Assembly: GCA_944377455.1 (NCBI GenBank)
Contig: CALWEZ010000029.1
Span: 1,907-65,906, forward strand
From: an uncultured Clostridia bacterium
Lineage (GTDB): Bacteria > Bacillota > Clostridia > Christensenellales > UBA1242
Reading direction: 5' to 3'
Length of the DNA: 64,000 nucleotides
Shown here: positions 26,814 to 37,120 of the stretch, piece after piece
Numbering within the stretch: the first letter of the stretch is position 1
How the letters are laid out: every line of letters starts with the position of its first letter
Made by a program: the position numbers and the translations under genes
The notes under the pieces: model-generated
The model's database searches: none
What the model saw: only the letters and a program-made list of their open reading frames with translations
What the model was told of the DNA's origin: nothing

Positions 26814-26958
26814 TAGGAGCTTAGAAATTGTTTTTTTCAAAAAAAAGATAGTGGAAGAATTTTCTCCATTATCTTTTTTAAAATTATTACTGAATTGTGG
26901 CTGTAAAATTTATTGGTTTATAATTAATTTGAAATTATTGCTAATAAAATTATAAGAA

Positions 26959-27906
26959 CTACCTAGTCAAAAATTCCCAAAGCATAGAATCGTCTGGAAC
27001 GAGTATTTTGTTGATTGGCTCGCAGGCGTCTAAAGATTTTAATAGTGCATATGTGTTTTTATTGTCTTCTTCCTTCATGATGAGTGGCTTTAAATATTTT
27101 GCGTATAGCAAGATTTCATATTTATGCGCGGAGTTTATGATGTAATCAACGGTTGTTTTAAAAGGTTTGATATATAGGTCTTCGCTTTCCAAAGTGTGTT
27201 TCCAGGTTTTAAATGTTTGCTCAATGCTCGCACCACGTTTATAATAGTCGCGCAAACTCCTTCTCATTAAGCGCAGTTGTTTAGCATCCAAAACGAGTTT
27301 GTTATTTAGATAAAAATCGACACTCGGCGAGATATATATTTTGTAGCCGATGTTTTTGTTTTCTGTTATGGTGAATAAATCAGGGTTGAGAGCGTGCAAG
27401 CCTTCAATGATAAGCACGGTATTTTTGCTGATTTCAACATGTTGTTTAAAGTCCTCTGGCTTATTTTTGACGAAATTATATATCGGCATATCTGCCTTTT
27501 GATAACGAAAAAGGTCTTTGATAAAACTATTAAAACTCTCCACATTAATCGTGGCAAAACTATCATAATCTAATGCGCCGTCACTAAGAACCTTTCTTTC
27601 ACTTAGTGGCACCAAAAAATTGTCAAGAGATATAGAAATTGAATTGTAGCCTAGTTGTTTGAGGCGCTCAATTATTATCTTTGATGTGGTGGTTTTGCCA
27701 GCAGACGTAGGACCGCAAAGCAAAATAATCTTCTTTTTAGAAGAGATGAAATCTTCCACAAGTACTCTGACCTGAGAGTGATATTTTTCTTCCTCTTCGG
27801 TGATAAAGTTCTCTAGGTCCGTTACGGCTCTATGGTTGATATTTTCAATGCTTTCCTTTTCTCTAAGTAAGAGGTTAGGGTTATTTAAAAAGTCCTGTCT
27901 TTTCAT
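26959..27906 (-). CDS. uridine kinase/phosphoribulokinase-family P-loop kinase
   Basis: Start at ATG 27906 after SD GGAGA. Walker A CGPTSAGKTTTS is followed by a PRK/Udk-like core (IIEGLHALNP). Confidence 0.6.
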   Translation of the reverse strand: MKRQDFLNNPNLLLREKESIENINHRAVTDLENFITEEEEKYHSQVRVLVEDFISSKKKIILLCGPTSAGKTTTSKIIIERLKQLGYNSISISLDNFLVPLSERKVLSDGALDYDSFATINVESFNSFIKDLFRYQKADMPIYNFVKNKPEDFKQHVEISKNTVLIIEGLHALNPDLFTITENKNIGYKIYISPSVDFYLNNKLVLDAKQLRLMRRSLRDYYKRGASIEQTFKTWKHTLESEDLYIKPFKTTVDYIINSAHKYEILLYAKYLKPLIMKEEDNKNTYALLKSLDACEPINKILVPDDSMLWEFLTR

Positions 27907-28118
27907 ATTTTCTCCAATTTCCATATAAGGATATCATAAAATAACCTATAAAAGCAAATTATCAAGGCGATTTTGTAAATATTTTTGATTTAAAAACTTA
28001 ACAACTATAAAATATCCAATTTAATTTCAAATAAATATTTTGTTGAATTTTATCTATTTTTGCCATAGTGACCTAATTTCGTTTTAATAATATTAAAATG
28101 ATTTTAAAGGAGTTTGTT

Positions 28119-29513
28119 ATGGACAATTTTAAAGTTAAGCGTGACAGCAAAAGTGTTAAAGGTGGTGATGTTTTTTATGACCTTTCAGACAACTATCAAA
28201 AGGGCTATCAATACGCAAAAGAAGCGTTAGAGCGTGGGGCGGTTAAGGTTGTGACAGAGAGAAACTATCCACTTGACAAACTTGAAATTGTTAAGGATGT
28301 TAGAAAAGAATTCGGAGAGGCTTGCGCGAAAGAATATGGCTATCCTGCAAAGGACCTTAGGATAATCGGCATAACTGGCACAAACGGAAAGACCACTTGC
28401 ACACATATTTTGTATGAGATTTTGAAAGGGCTTAATCACAAAGTTGCCAGAGTCGGCACGTTGGGCGTGCATTATGATGATGTCGACAAAGACTATGATA
28501 TGACAACACCTGATGCGGATATTCTGCAGAGAGAATTTTACGAGATGAAAAAGCGCGGAATTGAATTTGTTGTTATGGAGGTTTCGGCTCATGCGATAAG
28601 CCAAAAGCGAATTGAGGAAATTCTGTTTGAGGTGGGCGTTTTGACCAATATAACGCAAGACCACTTGGACTATTTCGGCACTATGGAAAAATACGCCGAG
28701 TGTAAACTATCCTTTTTTGATAAGAAATATGTTAAAAGTGCGGTTGTGAATATCGACGACAAATATGCTCTTCCTCTTTTTAAAGACAGCAAAGTGCCAA
28801 CTATCTACTACGGCGTTAAAAATCCAGCCGATGTTTTTGCGGTAAATGTCAACTGCGGTGCGAATGGAAGCGAATTTTTTTGCAACATATTTGACGATGT
28901 CTATGACATAAAAACAAAGTTGGTTGGCGAATACAATGTTATGAATGTGCTGGCGTGTTTATCTGTCTGCGCAAATTTAGGCTTAGATATGCAAAAGGTG
29001 TGCGAAAAATTGAAAACGATAAATCCTGTGGAGGGGCGCTTTAATGTGATAAACATAGGCGGAAAAAATATGATTATAGATTTTGCGCATACGCCTGACG
29101 GCTTGGAAAAGGTCTTGATGACGGCAAGAAAATTATCTCCAAAACGGCTGTATTGCATCTTTGGTTGCGGTGGCAATCGAGACGTTGATAAAAGGCACAA
29201 AATGGGCGCTATCGCTGAAAAATACGCCGACTATGTCTGCTTAACTAACGATAATCCGCGCCTTGAAGATGAAAATTTGATAATCAAAGACATTGAAAAA
29301 GGGATGGAAAAACCTCATATGGTGGAGACTGACAGAGCGAAAGCGATAGAAAAAGTTTTCAAATTTATGCAGAGCGGAGACGTTGTGGTCATCGCTGGTA
29401 AGGGCGCAGAAAAATATCAAATCATCGGAACGCAAAAGGTCGATTATAGCGACTTTGATGTGGTGTATAGTTTGTTAAAAAACGAAAAAACTAAGGAGGA
29501 GTATGGAAATTAA
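28119..29513 (+). CDS. murE: UDP-N-acetylmuramoyl-L-alanyl-D-glutamate--2,6-diaminopimelate ligase
   Basis: Start at ATG 28119 after SD AAAGGAG. P-loop GITGTNGKTT, DFAHTPD, and the DNPR motif (TNDNPRLED) characteristic of meso-DAP-adding MurE. Confidence 0.9.
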   Translation: MDNFKVKRDSKSVKGGDVFYDLSDNYQKGYQYAKEALERGAVKVVTERNYPLDKLEIVKDVRKEFGEACAKEYGYPAKDLRIIGITGTNGKTTCTHILYEILKGLNHKVARVGTLGVHYDDVDKDYDMTTPDADILQREFYEMKKRGIEFVVMEVSAHAISQKRIEEILFEVGVLTNITQDHLDYFGTMEKYAECKLSFFDKKYVKSAVVNIDDKYALPLFKDSKVPTIYYGVKNPADVFAVNVNCGANGSEFFCNIFDDVYDIKTKLVGEYNVMNVLACLSVCANLGLDMQKVCEKLKTINPVEGRFNVINIGGKNMIIDFAHTPDGLEKVLMTARKLSPKRLYCIFGCGGNRDVDKRHKMGAIAEKYADYVCLTNDNPRLEDENLIIKDIEKGMEKPHMVETDRAKAIEKVFKFMQSGDVVVIAGKGAEKYQIIGTQKVDYSDFDVVYSLLKNEKTKEEYGN

Positions 29514-30459
29514 ATATATCCTCTGCGCACTTGTTGTGTTCATGTTTGCCTGCCTTTTAGCGCCATTCATTATTCAAACTTGCAAAAAGTTAAAGGCTGG
29601 GCAAAACATCCTTCACTATGTGAACAAGCATATGGCAAAACAAGGCACGCCGACGATGGGTGGCTTCATCTTTCTTATTCCACTTATTATAGGTCTATTG
29701 TTTTTAATGCCAGAAAATAGGTTTCCAGCGCTTTTTCTTATAATTGTGACGCTGTCATATGCGCTCCTTGGTTTTTTAGACGATTTTCTCAAAATTCACT
29801 ATCACCGCAACGAAGGGTTGAAGCCATATCAAAAAATTATCGGTCAGTTTGGGCTGGCGCTTATTGTCAGTCTTTATGTCTATTTTTCAGGTAACACCAC
29901 GCTGAATTTTTTTGGACTGACGTTTGATATTGACTGGTTTGTCATTCCGCTTGTCATTTTGGTTCTACTCGCCACAACAAACAGCGTCAATCTCACAGAC
30001 GGACTCGACGGACTCGCAGGTGGAGTCAGTTTTTCATATGTTCTCATCTTTGGGCTGATTTTAACATTACTACCTAACCAAACAAATTTGGCAATTATGT
30101 GTTTTGTTCTCTGTGGTGCGCTTGCTGGCTTTCTCATCTTCAACATCTATCCAGCAAAAATCTTTATGGGCGACACTGGCTCGCTTGCGCTTGGTGGATT
30201 TATTGGCACGATTGCAGTGCTCTCAGGGCTCGAACTTATTTTGCCGATAATGGGTATAATGTTTGTGCTATCGGCTCTCTCTGACATCATTCAAGTGCTT
30301 CACTATAAGCGCACGAAAAAGCGTGTGTTTTTAATGGCGCCACTTCATCATCATTTTGAGCAAAAAGGTGTGCATGAAAATCGAATTGTCATCGTATATA
30401 TAATTATAACAACGGTTGTTTCGCTTGGAGTTTTAGGAGTGTATTTGACCGTGTTATAA
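29503..30459 (+). CDS. mraY: phospho-N-acetylmuramoyl-pentapeptide transferase
   Basis: 318 aa polytopic membrane protein with GTPTMGG, NSVNLTDGLDGLA and MGDTGSLALGG. It overlaps the murE stop. Confidence 0.95.
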   Translation: MEIKYILCALVVFMFACLLAPFIIQTCKKLKAGQNILHYVNKHMAKQGTPTMGGFIFLIPLIIGLLFLMPENRFPALFLIIVTLSYALLGFLDDFLKIHYHRNEGLKPYQKIIGQFGLALIVSLYVYFSGNTTLNFFGLTFDIDWFVIPLVILVLLATTNSVNLTDGLDGLAGGVSFSYVLIFGLILTLLPNQTNLAIMCFVLCGALAGFLIFNIYPAKIFMGDTGSLALGGFIGTIAVLSGLELILPIMGIMFVLSALSDIIQVLHYKRTKKRVFLMAPLHHHFEQKGVHENRIVIVYIIITTVVSLGVLGVYLTVL

Positions 30460-30468
30460 GGCGGTGAC

Positions 30469-31752
30469 ATGAAATTTAAAAATAAAAAGGTTTTGGTCTA
30501 TGGACTTGGCGACAGTGGTCGAAGTGCGGTTAAACTTTTAAGCAAGTTGAACGCCCATGTCTATTTTTACGATGATAATCTGGAATATGCAAACTATGTT
30601 GGCTATGTCAGGCATATGGAGGAAGAAAAGTTTGATTACTGCATTTTAAGTCCTGGAGTTGATATAAAAAATAATCCAAACATTGAAATTTTGAAAAGTA
30701 AGGGGACGATTATTTTAAGCGAACTTGACTTAGGCTATCTCTTTTTAAAGGGTAAGATTATCGCAGTCACTGGAACGAATGGAAAGACGACCACATGTGG
30801 ACTTATCTACAAAATTTTGAAAGATAACGGCTATGACGCTAGGCTTTGTGGCAATGTTGGCATGCCGATAACATCCTTAACAAACACAAATAAAGATAGT
30901 GTGACGGTTGTTGAGGTCTCAAGTTTTCAACTTGAAAGTTTGAAGTTTTTTAGGTGCGATGTTGGCGTTGTTTTAAATATAAAACCAGACCATTTAGACA
31001 GGCATGGAACGATGCAGGAATACATCGATTGTAAGAGTAAACTTTGCTCATTCACTCGCAAAAGACTAGTGCTAAATTTAGATGACGAAATTGCAAAATC
31101 ATTAAATTTCAAAAGAAAAACGCTATATTTTTCAAAAAAAACGCTAAAAAAAGGTGTTTTTGTCAAAAATAGTCAAATTTACATCAATAAAAAAGCGGTT
31201 TGTGGACTTAAAAATATCAAACTTTTAGGTGAGAAAAATCTAGAAAATGTGCTTGGCGCGGTGGCAAGTTTATCGCATATAAAGGGTTTTAACTTTAATG
31301 AAAGCATTTCAAATTTTTCGCCCAAATCACATAGATTAGAGATTGTTGGCGAGCGTGATGACGTTATCTATGTTGATGACAGCAAGGCGACAAATGTTGC
31401 TTCCACAATAAATGCTATCTCTGCCTTTAAAGACAAAAACATCATCCTTCTTTTAGGTGGACAAGGGAAAAATGCGCCGTATGATGAGATATTTCAGCAT
31501 CCGCTAAAGGAGGTTATAACCTTTGGCGAGGAAGGGGGAAAGATTAGCGAAGTTGCAAATCGTTATCATGTGCCAACTTTCAATTTTAAACGCTTTAAAG
31601 ATGCTGTGGACTATGCTTGCGAAAAAGGAACAAGTGGCGATGTCGTTCTTCTCTCGCCAGCGTGTTCAAGTTTTGATGAGTTTTCTTCTTATAAGGAAAG
31701 AGGCGAAAGATTTAAAGAACTTGTGTTGGAGTTTTTGAGTGGAAAAAATTAA
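30469..31752 (+). CDS. murD: UDP-N-acetylmuramoylalanine--D-glutamate ligase
   Basis: 427 aa with the N-terminal Rossmann stretch VYGLGDSGRS, the P-loop GTNGKTTT, and DDSKATN. Confidence 0.9.
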   Translation: MKFKNKKVLVYGLGDSGRSAVKLLSKLNAHVYFYDDNLEYANYVGYVRHMEEEKFDYCILSPGVDIKNNPNIEILKSKGTIILSELDLGYLFLKGKIIAVTGTNGKTTTCGLIYKILKDNGYDARLCGNVGMPITSLTNTNKDSVTVVEVSSFQLESLKFFRCDVGVVLNIKPDHLDRHGTMQEYIDCKSKLCSFTRKRLVLNLDDEIAKSLNFKRKTLYFSKKTLKKGVFVKNSQIYINKKAVCGLKNIKLLGEKNLENVLGAVASLSHIKGFNFNESISNFSPKSHRLEIVGERDDVIYVDDSKATNVASTINAISAFKDKNIILLLGGQGKNAPYDEIFQHPLKEVITFGEEGGKISEVANRYHVPTFNFKRFKDAVDYACEKGTSGDVVLLSPACSSFDEFSSYKERGERFKELVLEFLSGKN

Positions 31753-32872
31753 AAAACTTTTCATCCTATCTAAAAAGAAAAAGTTTGACAAAATTTCGTT
31801 TTTTGTCACTTTTTTGATGTTCGCACTGGTGATATTCGGTTGTATTATGGTGTATAGCGCAAGTTACTATTCGGCGGAAATTAGATATGGCAATGAATAT
31901 TTCTTTTTATTAAAACAACTTCTGGGCGTGGCGCTTGGTGTCTTTGCCTTTATCTTTTTTGCGTATTTTGATTATCATCTTTTAAAGAAATTTCGATATG
32001 CGGTGCTTGCGATTTGCGTTGTTCTGTTGGTGCTTGTGTTTGTGCCAGGTTTTGGCGTGCAAAGTTATGGTGCAAATCGTTGGGTGAATATTTTAGGAAT
32101 CTCCATTCAGCCGTCGGAAGTGACAAAGTTTGGTCTAATTTTGTATCTTGCAAGTTACTTATCAGAAAATCATGAAAAGATTAAAACCTTCAAAGGTCTC
32201 ATTCCGCCACTTGTGGTTGCAGGGTTGCTATGCCTTCTTGTCATCATTGAGCCGAGCATGAGCGTGACGATGTGTCTACTATTTTTAACCTTTTTCATGC
32301 TGATTGTTGGTGGAATTAACAAAAAACACACCTTGCTTTTTTCGGGACTAGCATGTGCGTGCGTTCCGCTTCTTATCATTGCTGAACCTTATCGCATGAA
32401 GCGTCTTTTTGCCTTTCTTGATCCTTGGGTTTCGCCACAGGGCGAGGGCTTTCAACTTATTCAATCTCTTTATAGTCTCGGTAATGGTGGTATGTTTGGT
32501 GTTGGGCTTTTTAATTCAAGGCAAAAATACCTCTTTCTTCCGTTTGCTGAGTCTGACTTCATCTTCTCAATCATCGGCGAGGAATTTGGATATTTTGGCG
32601 CGATACTTTTAATTTTGGTTTTTGGTGCGCTGTGCTATTTTCTATTTAAAATCGGCTTATCCGCAAAGGATAGGTTTGGGTGCCTGCTTGCGCTCGGCGT
32701 GGGAGTGCTTATCGCTGTGCAAACGCTACTCAATATCGCGGTGGTCACAGGCAGTATTCCGCCGACTGGACTTCCTCTTCCATTCATATCAAGTGGCGGA
32801 ACATCGGTGGCGGTTTTTATGGCTGGTGTTGGGGTGTGCGTCAATGTGCATAGGCAATCAAAAATAAGTTAA
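31739..32872 (+). CDS. ftsW: SEDS-family peptidoglycan glycosyltransferase FtsW/SpoVE
   Basis: 377 aa with about 10 TM helices. QPSEVTKF, PDFIFS-like ESDFIFSIIGEE, and GLPLPFISSGGTS are all present. The GTG start overlaps the murD end. Confidence 0.85.
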   Translation: MEKIKKLFILSKKKKFDKISFFVTFLMFALVIFGCIMVYSASYYSAEIRYGNEYFFLLKQLLGVALGVFAFIFFAYFDYHLLKKFRYAVLAICVVLLVLVFVPGFGVQSYGANRWVNILGISIQPSEVTKFGLILYLASYLSENHEKIKTFKGLIPPLVVAGLLCLLVIIEPSMSVTMCLLFLTFFMLIVGGINKKHTLLFSGLACACVPLLIIAEPYRMKRLFAFLDPWVSPQGEGFQLIQSLYSLGNGGMFGVGLFNSRQKYLFLPFAESDFIFSIIGEEFGYFGAILLILVFGALCYFLFKIGLSAKDRFGCLLALGVGVLIAVQTLLNIAVVTGSIPPTGLPLPFISSGGTSVAVFMAGVGVCVNVHRQSKIS

Positions 32873-33223
32873 TGCTCGTTTGTATTAAGCATGCTAATAA
32901 GAAAATTTTTACAGATAAGAATGATATGTTTTATTGTCTCAAAAAGTCATAATTTGTAAAAATGCAATAAAAATGCGAAAAATTCATTAAAAAAAGTAAA
33001 AAAAATCGCATTTTTTGATATTTTTTGCGTAAAAATTGATTATTTATTATTTTTTGTCTGTTTGTTGCGATAAAATGTATCAAGCAAAATTATGATTATA
33101 ATAAATTTTAAACTTAATGCAAAAACTGATAAGAGATTTCAACTCTTTTTATTAGTTTTAAAGTTTACAAATCTTCTTCTTTTTTTAAGTAACCTAAATT
33201 TTTCTTTTCCATATACTTTTATT

Positions 33224-34483
33224 ATGAAGGAAAAATTGTTGATAAACGGCGGAAAAATTCTCTCTGGGGAGATTGAGGTTGAGGCGTCGAAAAATGCCTA
33301 TTTGCCAATTCTTGCGGGGGGTATTCTGTGCGATGATAAGGTCACTTTTTTAAACGCTCCGCACTTTTCTGATATTGAGAATATGTGTGAGATTTTAAAA
33401 CTACTAAACGTCAAAGTGGAAAGAGAAGGCGACATCTTGACGCTTGATTTACATAACAAGAAAAATGAAAAAATTTCGCATGAGCATACCAACAAACTTA
33501 GGGCGTCTATTTTTTTGTTGGGACCACTTCTTGCCGTCTTTAAGCAGGCAGTCATCTCCTATCCTGGCGGATGCAATATTGGCACAAGGCCGATTGATAT
33601 ACATATTAGTGCATTTAAAAGTTTAGGTGTTAAGATTGTTGAACGTCATGGCTACATCTACGCCAATGCTCAAAATATGAAAGCGGGCAAGGTGGTCTTT
33701 TCTTCGGTAAGCGTTGGAGCAACCGAAAGCGTGATGATGTCGGCGGTGTTACTGAAAGGTAGGACAACGCTATACAATGTGGCGCGAGAACCAGAAGTTA
33801 AGGAACTTGCAAGGTTTTTAAACGCTATGGGAGCAAAAATCTCTGGCGCTGGCACGGAAAAAATCGAGATTGAAGGCGTGAAAAAGTTGAAAGGGGTAGA
33901 GTTTTCTGTTTGCAAGGATAGAATAATTGCGGGAACTCATCTTCTAATAGGTGCGTTACTCGGCAAAGATATGAGAATTTTGGGCGCAAGGCGTGAAGAT
34001 AACGAAATTTTGTTTAATATATTAAAGGAAAGCGCTTGCGAAATAAAAGAAGATAACTTAGGTGTGACAATCTCTTCGTGTGGCAGAAGTGAAGCGTATA
34101 AGTTCATTGAAACACTGCCGTATCCAAACTTTCCAACCGACCTTCAACCGCAACTTATGGCATTCGAAACGCTGGCGAACGGCACTTGTGTCATTAAGGA
34201 AAATCTCTTTGAAAACAGGTTTAATCATGTTATGGAACTTGTGAAAATGGGCGCGGACATCTTCGTCAAGGATAGGCTGGCGATTATTAAGGGCGTGGAA
34301 AAATTATATGGCGCGGATGTTTTTGCGTCTGACTTACGTGCTGGTGCAGGACTTGTGATTGCAGGACTTGTAGCAGAAGGCTACTCAACTGTGCATAACA
34401 TTTCATACATAGACCGAGGCTACGAAAGACTGGAAGAAAAATACGCACGGCTTGGCGCAGACATAAAAAGGCTACAAGAATAA
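33224..34483 (+). CDS. murA: UDP-N-acetylglucosamine 1-carboxyvinyltransferase
   Basis: Start at ATG 33224 (MKEKLLINGG); the 44-codon upstream extension in the ORF track is AT-rich non-coding. KNAYLPILAG, the catalytic-loop region LRASIFLLGPLL...YPGGCNIGTRPID, and the end DRGYERLEEK are present. Confidence 0.92.
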   Translation: MKEKLLINGGKILSGEIEVEASKNAYLPILAGGILCDDKVTFLNAPHFSDIENMCEILKLLNVKVEREGDILTLDLHNKKNEKISHEHTNKLRASIFLLGPLLAVFKQAVISYPGGCNIGTRPIDIHISAFKSLGVKIVERHGYIYANAQNMKAGKVVFSSVSVGATESVMMSAVLLKGRTTLYNVAREPEVKELARFLNAMGAKISGAGTEKIEIEGVKKLKGVEFSVCKDRIIAGTHLLIGALLGKDMRILGARREDNEILFNILKESACEIKEDNLGVTISSCGRSEAYKFIETLPYPNFPTDLQPQLMAFETLANGTCVIKENLFENRFNHVMELVKMGADIFVKDRLAIIKGVEKLYGADVFASDLRAGAGLVIAGLVAEGYSTVHNISYIDRGYERLEEKYARLGADIKRLQE

Positions 34484-34486
34484 GTT

Positions 34487-34649
34487 AAGAGTGAGAAGTG
34501 AATGGAAGGCAAACGCAAATCATTTTAGTGAAGAGCGAAGAGTGAAGGCGAGCCATTGGCTCGCAGTGAAGAGTTGTGGAAGAGCAAAAAATCAAAGATT
34601 TTTGAAATAAAAAATAAGAAAGAAAAAATAAGAGTTGTGGAAGATTTTT
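34487..34649 (+). repeat. dispersed intergenic repeat, copy B (hairpin 34548-34564)
   Basis: Same element as 9757-9910, beginning 4 nt after the murA stop. A 1-nt indel in the A-run relative to copy A argues against a coding function. Confidence 0.85.
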
Positions 34650-34839
34650 AGAGAGAAAAAATTATGATACATAAAGTAAGCAAAATGCTTTGCTTGTTTT
34701 TTCTTTTTAAGATTATTGATAAATTTTATAAAATCATTATGATTTTTTGCGTGATTTTATTAAAATATAATTAGAAATACATTTTGCAATTTTGGTTTTA
34801 GGTGGTTAAAATTGCGATTTCAGTTTTTAAGGGGATAAT

Positions 34840-35823
34840 TTGAGTAAAAAAGCAATTATAATTTTGTCTGTATGCTTAGGCGTGGTGGCGGTTGTTCTAA
34901 TTTTGTTTTGGACACTGTTTGCTTTATCGTCGGTCACGGTCAAGTTCCACACAACAACAAAGAATTTGACCTTGACAGAGGCGGAAATTGTGGAAGCAGG
35001 AGATTTTTCCTATGGCGCTTGCGTGCTTTTTGACGGCAAGGGGAAATACATAAATCGGCTTACTGAAAAGGTGCAGGAAAATGACAATTTTGCATATTTA
35101 GAAGTGGTCAATATTGAAACAATCTTTCCTAACAGGTATGTCATTCATGTGGCGGAGCGAGAAGAGGTTTTTGCTTATCAAAATGGCAGTGATGTGCTAT
35201 TTTTAGACGACGATTTAAGGGTGCTTAGAAAGGAAAGTTTGGCGAACGGTGAGAGTTACATTTCGGATAAAGAAAACGCGATTGAACTTAAAAATTTAAC
35301 CATATTAAATGATGAGATTAATGTGGGCGATTTTTTGAATGTGGTGCAAGGCGGAGTTTTAAATCTTTACAACGCCTTTCTGGCAAACAACCGAACGCTT
35401 GAAGAGCAAAAGGGATTTGTGAAGGAAATTGAACTTGGAGTTAATCATGTTGACATGACCGACCGCGACTATCTTTCGGCGAAGATTGTTACGCATAATG
35501 GGCGTGAGTTTATGATAAACAACATTGACTTTGCGATCACTAACAAAATTCAACTTATGTTCGCTCTTGACAGCGCACTCTATAATCAAATAGACCAAGA
35601 CGGCTTCATTGTTGACGCTGACGGAAATGTGATTTACGACAATGTTTTGGACGAAAATGGGAATATCATGCTTGACGATAATGGCGAACCGCTTAAAGGC
35701 GAGGTGTGGACATATGAACGCCTGCAAAAATCGTATGTGCTCATCGACAACTACATTTTGAATGACTATCAAGAAATTTCCGAGAGTGACATCTACTACA
35801 ATTTAGTTGCAAAGAGCGAATGA
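34840..35823 (+). CDS. ftsQ: putative cell division protein FtsQ/DivIB
   Basis: 327 aa with a single N-terminal TM helix and a POTRA-like stretch (VNIETIFPNRYVIHVAEREEVFAY). Its position is at the distal end of the mur cluster. TTG start after AAGGGG. Confidence 0.45.
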   Translation: MSKKAIIILSVCLGVVAVVLILFWTLFALSSVTVKFHTTTKNLTLTEAEIVEAGDFSYGACVLFDGKGKYINRLTEKVQENDNFAYLEVVNIETIFPNRYVIHVAEREEVFAYQNGSDVLFLDDDLRVLRKESLANGESYISDKENAIELKNLTILNDEINVGDFLNVVQGGVLNLYNAFLANNRTLEEQKGFVKEIELGVNHVDMTDRDYLSAKIVTHNGREFMINNIDFAITNKIQLMFALDSALYNQIDQDGFIVDADGNVIYDNVLDENGNIMLDDNGEPLKGEVWTYERLQKSYVLIDNYILNDYQEISESDIYYNLVAKSE

Positions 35824-35843
35824 TATGTTAATGGTAGGGTAAA

Positions 35844-36401
35844 ATGATTATTGGATTTCAGGGAATAAAAAATAGTTATAATGATTTCGCCACCGATAAG
35901 TTTATTGAAATGTTAGATTTTGCTGGTGCAAAAAAAATTCCGCTAACAACCTCAGAAAATGTTGCAAAGGCGTTAATAAACAAAGAAATTGATTTTGGAG
36001 TTGTTGCATTAAAAAATAACATTGCAGGGCTTGTGAAAGAGAGTGAGAAAATTTTAAAGCAAAATTTATTTGAGATTGTGGATATGGTGGAAATGGAAAT
36101 CAATCACTGCCTTTTTGCATGTGACGAAAAGTCGGTTGAAAATTTAGAAACAATCGCTTCTCACACGCAAGCATTAAAACAATGTGAAAGATATTTGAAA
36201 TTAAAATTTCCTAATTGCAAATTACAAAAATATGATGACACGGCAAAAGCGGCGGAAGATTTAAAAAACGGAATATTAAATAAGACAACTGGTGTTATTT
36301 GCAGTGAAAAGGCAGGGAAAGAAAATAATTTGTTTTTGGTTTCGAAAAACATTGCGGATAGAGTTAGTAAAACAACATTTTGTCTTTTAAGATTTAAATA
36401 A
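35844..36401 (+). CDS. pheA: prephenate dehydratase catalytic domain protein (no ACT domain)
   Basis: 185 aa. IGFQGIKNSYNDFA..., DFGVVALKNNIAGLV, SHTQALKQCERYL and DTAKAAEDL follow the PDT-domain pattern. It ends where the ACT domain would normally start. Confidence 0.55.
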   Translation: MIIGFQGIKNSYNDFATDKFIEMLDFAGAKKIPLTTSENVAKALINKEIDFGVVALKNNIAGLVKESEKILKQNLFEIVDMVEMEINHCLFACDEKSVENLETIASHTQALKQCERYLKLKFPNCKLQKYDDTAKAAEDLKNGILNKTTGVICSEKAGKENNLFLVSKNIADRVSKTTFCLLRFK

Positions 36402-36481
36402 GCGGTTTTTAAAACCTTTATGATAAACTTTTATAGATTTATTTTTTATGCAAAAATAGAAAACAAACCTTAGGAGAAAAT

Positions 36482-37120
36482 ATGAAAAATTCTAATAATG
36501 AGAAATGCGAAAAAATTTTGAAGTTTTATATGCTTTCAAATAAACTAAAAAATGTCATAAGAACTGGCTGGAAATATTGGGCGGTTGAGGGCGATGTGAG
36601 ACTTGAAAGTGTTGCGGAACATGTGTTCGGCACGCTTATGCTGGCAGTGTCTATCTATGCGCACAGCGACGAGTATGAAGATTTAGATATTGAAAAGGTG
36701 GCGCTGATGCTTGCTCTTCATGAGACCGAAGAGATTTTAATCGGCGACATCACGATGTTCGACTATGATGGCACGAAAACTAAGAAAGAAGCAGGCAGAA
36801 TTGCGGTTGAAAAAATGTTTGAAGATAGCGAATGTGATAAATTTTTAAAAGTGATTGAAGAGTTTGAAGGCGGAGAAACAAAAGAGGCAAAGTTTGCCTA
36901 TATGTGCGACAAGTTGGAAGCCGACCTTCAAGCGTATATCTATCGTGATAATTTTAATTTGAAGCACGCAAATCCAACCTGTATAAACGATGACAGAATA
37001 AAGGCGATGATAGAAAAAGGACTGGATAGACCTGATAAATTTTTCTTAGATAGTGATAAAAATAAATATACTGGCGCGTTTTTAGATATTGCAAATTATT
37101 TAGAAAAATTAGAAAATTAA
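36482..37120 (+). CDS. HD-superfamily phosphohydrolase (YfbR-like)
   Basis: 212 aa with ESVAEHVFGTLMLA and LALHETEEILIGDIT. The second motif reads HE rather than the canonical HD. Confidence 0.65.
   Translation: MKNSNNEKCEKILKFYMLSNKLKNVIRTGWKYWAVEGDVRLESVAEHVFGTLMLAVSIYAHSDEYEDLDIEKVALMLALHETEEILIGDITMFDYDGTKTKKEAGRIAVEKMFEDSECDKFLKVIEEFEGGETKEAKFAYMCDKLEADLQAYIYRDNFNLKHANPTCINDDRIKAMIEKGLDRPDKFFLDSDKNKYTGAFLDIANYLEKLEN

Noticed and set aside
33092-33223. The ORF track extends several genes upstream of their likely starts: murA 33092, spoIIGA 43856, giant gene 49926, 14627, 10130, 28098, 27924 and 46323.
   Set aside because: The extensions are AT-rich, lack an SD, encode implausible F/L/I/K-rich peptides or run through promoter elements. 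In each case an internal ATG or GTG with a good SD matches the conserved N-terminus of the family.
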